Assembly: GCA_044229845.1 (NCBI GenBank)
Contig: JBGASG010000003.1
Coordinates: 384,001 to 448,000, forward strand
Direction of reading: 5' to 3'
From: Candidatus Obscuribacteraceae bacterium
GTDB taxonomy: Bacteria > Cyanobacteriota > Vampirovibrionia > Obscuribacterales > Obscuribacteraceae
Length of the DNA stretch: 64,000 bases
Positions within the stretch are counted from its first letter, which is position 1. Each line of letters starts with the position of its first letter. Position numbers and translations under genes: made by a program. The notes below the pieces were generated by a model. It saw only the letters and a list, made by a program, of their open reading frames with translations, had not been told where the DNA came from and made no database searches. Below, in pieces: positions 60,806 to 64,000 of the stretch.

Positions 60806-60829
60806 CGCGAAAAACATCCGTTCTTCGCG
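60806..60829 (+). repeat. Dispersed element, copy 5
   Basis: GACA-CGCGAAAAACATCCGTTCTTCGCG. Confidence 0.8.
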
Positions 60830-60949
60830 GTCGTCGAGCTTTCGATTGAAGCGCGGGCGTTCCGCCTGCCGAGGATCTTGCTGCTTTTCGGACGCAGCTG
60901 CTGCGCCCCCTTGACCGGCGGAACGCCCGCGCCTCAACCTCAATTCAAC

Positions 60950-62032
60950 CTATCCGACATTGGTCTTTGGCACCGAATGTCCTTGAGCATCTTTGTCCGC
61001 GAAGGACCGTCCTTGCCGCGGCGGAATCTTAATTTGCACCGCACCTGGTACTACTTCTACGTGCATCGGCGTAAAACCACACCGATCCCCGTCTACCATG
61101 GCGACCAACTCCTGGCGTGACTCCGGAACCGCAGGCGTTTTACCGACGAACAATTTTTGCCAGCCATCCAGAATTCGCTGCCACCACGATGGCGGTCGCG
61201 GAATCGGGCGCGTTTCGATATTGACACTGCGCACTTTGCGTACTGTATAAGGCGGTTCGCCATCCGCCATCCCGCCAAGAAACCAGCCGCCAAAGCGTGC
61301 AGTAATTCGCCAGTAATCGCGAAGAGTTTTTGGATGCAGAATGCATAAATCCAATTCGCCGTCGGAAATCTGTGCGAATCCTCTGGTTCCGATGCCCATT
61401 TCGTCCGCGTTCGTAATGAAGATACCCGACGCTGCCACGACGAATTCTTCTCCATCGGCATTGATGTGGAAGACACCAGGACGCTTGCGCATTGACTGCA
61501 ACAACGGCGCCACATAGGCGAACATTTTCAGGCGCCTTTTCTGTTCCGGCTTAGGAGCGATTATGGCGTTTGAAATGGGACCCACACCGGCATCAATACA
61601 GAAATAGGTATCGTTCATTTTTCCAAGGTCGACTGCCACCACTTCGCCGCTCAGCATGATGTCAATAGCGCGATTTACCGGATCGACCATGCCGCCACCG
61701 AATAGACCGAGATAGCGGGCGAACAGATTACCGGTGCCGACCGGCACGATGGCCACCGGCGGCTGTTTTGCTTGCGTTTGCGATTTGACCTGGGCCACCG
61801 CCGACAGCACCTGGCGAATGGTGCCATCACCACCAACCGCCACTACCAGATCCGCATCAACGATATCGTGGCTGGTGACGCCTGACTGCAACGAACGCAC
61901 GCGGGCGACATAGGGCGACTCTTCGCACAGTCGCCTGACTATGGTGCCCAGAACATTGTCCAGACAGAAGTCGTCGGCACGTCCGGCCCGGTGGTGATAA
62001 ACAATGAGAGCTTCTTTCGCGCCCCGTTCCAT
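60950..62032 (-). CDS. Diacylglycerol/lipid kinase family protein
   Basis: VGGDGT, PVGTGNL.AR, VDLG, DGELD, VDGD; start uncertain. Confidence 0.9.
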   Translation of the reverse strand: MERGAKEALIVYHHRAGRADDFCLDNVLGTIVRRLCEESPYVARVRSLQSGVTSHDIVDADLVVAVGGDGTIRQVLSAVAQVKSQTQAKQPPVAIVPVGTGNLFARYLGLFGGGMVDPVNRAIDIMLSGEVVAVDLGKMNDTYFCIDAGVGPISNAIIAPKPEQKRRLKMFAYVAPLLQSMRKRPGVFHINADGEEFVVAASGIFITNADEMGIGTRGFAQISDGELDLCILHPKTLRDYWRITARFGGWFLGGMADGEPPYTVRKVRSVNIETRPIPRPPSWWQRILDGWQKLFVGKTPAVPESRQELVAMVDGDRCGFTPMHVEVVPGAVQIKIPPRQGRSFADKDAQGHSVPKTNVG

Positions 62033-62132
62033 GGATCGGTCCTCGGTAAACAGCCAATGGCGACAGAAAAAGCTCGTCCATTGTTCCCTGATCGCGGAAA
62101 GCCTCCCGGCCGCCAAACCAGACAAGACCAGA

Positions 62133-62156
62133 CGCGCAATTTGGATGTTTTTCGCG
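62133..62156 (-). repeat. Dispersed element, copy 6
   Basis: Minus strand AACA-CGCGAAAAACATCCAAATTGCGCG. Confidence 0.8.
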
Positions 62157-62186
62157 TGTTGAGGTCAGTAGTTCAGCCCCATGCGG

Positions 62187-62810
62187 TCAGGCGGTACCAC
62201 CTGCAGTATCGTCCGTTTTATTGGCGCTGTTGTGCACTTTAAACATCTCGCCGGCCCGCCGTGAATAGTGCCAGAGCACCCATTTGAAGTGGCGAATGCG
62301 AAATCTGTGGAAGCCGCACTTTTTCATTTCCTGATATGCAGCTTTGACCGTCCAGCCCTCCCTAGCCATGCGAAACAACGCTACCAACAAGCCAGTGCGA
62401 TCGCTGCCATGGAAACAGTGGACAAATATGGGACGCCTTTCCGGATCGTCTACATAAGCAAAGAAACGATCGATGGTTTTGGCATTGGGGAGAGTCCAAT
62501 AATTGAGCGGCATACTGATAAATTCCATGCCCTCAGCCTCGACAGCTTGCCGTTCGGCCTCAGCAGAACGCGCGCCCCAGCGAAACGAGATGACGGTCTT
62601 CACACCACGGCGAGACAGTTCACGAAAGCCGTCGTGCGTGGGCTGACCGCCTCTGAACAACCACGGCGTGACCTGGTGGAAGTTGCGCACGCTCGATGCG
62701 TCCGAATGAACCGGCAGCGCCTGCTCAACAAAGGCCGCGGTTGGCTGAGGATTCTGCTCAGCGGACGGATTTTCTGAATTGTCGGATTCAGGAGTTTCGG
62801 CTCGATTCAT
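62187..62810 (-). CDS. Cys-based dual-specificity/tyrosine phosphatase family protein
   Basis: NFHQV...RGGQP, P-loop HCFHGSDRTG. Confidence 0.9.
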   Translation of the reverse strand: MNRAETPESDNSENPSAEQNPQPTAAFVEQALPVHSDASSVRNFHQVTPWLFRGGQPTHDGFRELSRRGVKTVISFRWGARSAEAERQAVEAEGMEFISMPLNYWTLPNAKTIDRFFAYVDDPERRPIFVHCFHGSDRTGLLVALFRMAREGWTVKAAYQEMKKCGFHRFRIRHFKWVLWHYSRRAGEMFKVHNSANKTDDTAGGTA

Positions 62811-63073
62811 TTTGCGCGTCAGTTGGCTGTCCCATAATCATAACCGCTATAGAGCGAAACCCGGTAGCAGTCGGCATCTAATGCTCGAGTTCAGGATGAA
62901 ATGTCTTCATGAATGCTGGTGTAGGGAACAAAGTCATCGCTTTTTACTTCGTCCTATGTCTGGACGCACGCCGCGTCTGGGACTATAGTTTCCCTTACAG
63001 CGACTAATAGTTATCCATTTACAACTCGCCCATATAATTTCGTCTGGACACTCGGCGACCCTGGCATCAAAAA

Positions 63074-63526
63074 ATGATTCGACCTCTGACAAAACAGCGC
63101 ATTACTCTCATCATCGAAACACTCGATCAGATGTTGCGCGCCAAAAAATTCACCGGACAGCGCGGACTGATGGCGGGTGACTTGCGTGATGACTACCTGC
63201 GTTTGGTCGATTTGTATCGAGTAGTCCAGGCAGGCGGAGCAAAAGCGATGCTTTATCGCATGGAAACCGGGCATCGCCTCATGTCTCCCGATTACTTTGC
63301 CGACATAAGTGCGGAGCTGCTCAACCCTGAAGACAGAAAGACCCACTGGGATGGAGTGAGTACCGCTTCGCTGAGCACCTTATTGCGCACTATCACTGCT
63401 GCTGAAGAAGACGCGGTCACTCAAATGAGCCCCGACCTTCAGAAGTTTCTCAAAACTGTGAAAAGCGCTCAAATGCCGATCGACGTTCAGGGAATCGTCA
63501 ACGATGCGGCACGCAAATTGACATAG
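63074..63526 (+). CDS. Hypothetical protein
   Basis: 150-aa ATG ORF filling the gap, co-oriented with the next gene; no motif recognised. Confidence 0.65.
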   Translation: MIRPLTKQRITLIIETLDQMLRAKKFTGQRGLMAGDLRDDYLRLVDLYRVVQAGGAKAMLYRMETGHRLMSPDYFADISAELLNPEDRKTHWDGVSTASLSTLLRTITAAEEDAVTQMSPDLQKFLKTVKSAQMPIDVQGIVNDAARKLT

Positions 63527-63543
63527 AGTCTTCTCAACCACAA

Positions 63544-64000
63544 GTGATCAACGTTCCCAATGCCATAACGATTTCGCGAGTGTTCGTGGCAATCGGTACC
63601 TGCGCGTTGTTATGGGTACCCGGCGACGGCATGCGCTGGACGGCGTTCGTGCTCACGGTGCTGGTGATGTGGGGCGACGGACTGGATGGTTTCTTCGCTC
63701 GCAAACTTAACCAGTGCACCAAACTGGGAGCGGTCCTCGACATAGCTGGCGACCGCGTGGTGGAGATGCTTTACTGGATCGTTTTCGCAGTGCTGGGCTG
63801 GATTCCACCCTGGGTGCCGATCGTGTTTCTCGTGCGCGGAACTTTCGTCGACGCCATCCGCGCGCAGGTAGCCGAGCAAGGCTTCACGGCATTCGGCGCT
63901 AAGACTATGATGCAATCGCCGGTGGGCAAGTTTCTGGTGGCTTCGAATTTCAGCAGATTTTCGTATGCTGTAGCGAAGGCAGCGGCCTTCTGCCTGGTGA
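63544..64000 (+). CDS. CDP-alcohol phosphatidyltransferase, PgsA-like (3' truncated, absent from the ORF track)
   Basis: My translation from GTG 63544: MINVPNAITISR...GDGLDGFFARKLNQCTKLGAVLDIAGDR, the CDP-alcohol phosphotransferase signature. Confidence 0.9.
   Translation, partial: MINVPNAITISRVFVAIGTCALLWVPGDGMRWTAFVLTVLVMWGDGLDGFFARKLNQCTKLGAVLDIAGDRVVEMLYWIVFAVLGWIPPWVPIVFLVRGTFVDAIRAQVAEQGFTAFGAKTMMQSPVGKFLVASNFSRFSYAVAKAAAFCLV

Overview
Dense, GC-rich bacterial chromosomal window with no rRNA, tRNA, CRISPR array or transposase that I could recognise. Cyanobacteria-like genes (CtpA, stand-alone RRM protein, cyanobacterial-type J protein, BtpA), the lack of photosynthesis genes and several Ser/Thr kinase and TPR membrane proteins suggest a non-photosynthetic cyanobacterial relative such as Vampirovibrionia/Melainabacteria; this is inference only. 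Housekeeping blocks: nrdR, rplS-rbgA-rnhB; coaBC, ytxH/DUF948/ytxH-rluB-rodZ-rimO; metG; mreBCD-mrdA; an accC-BCCP fusion with ispF; ribF-recF; gyrB. Accessory content: (i) an 8.6-17.9 kb island of four paralogous single-TM TPR-like proteins with a kinase-TM-TPR protein and a divergent nucleotidyltransferase/metallophosphoesterase pair; (ii) a divergent kynurenine/3-hydroxyanthranilate catabolic cluster carrying an SDR, a saccharopine-dehydrogenase-like gene and btpA; (iii) a QGGRWN-repeat low-complexity protein ending in an NlpC/P60-like domain; (iv) a tandem double-kinase protein. The strongest unexplained signal is a dispersed 24-25 bp element, AAYR-CGCGAAAAAC-N10-CGCG, in six intergenic regions. 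One copy sits inside a candidate ~160-nt structured ncRNA with its own promoter and terminator.
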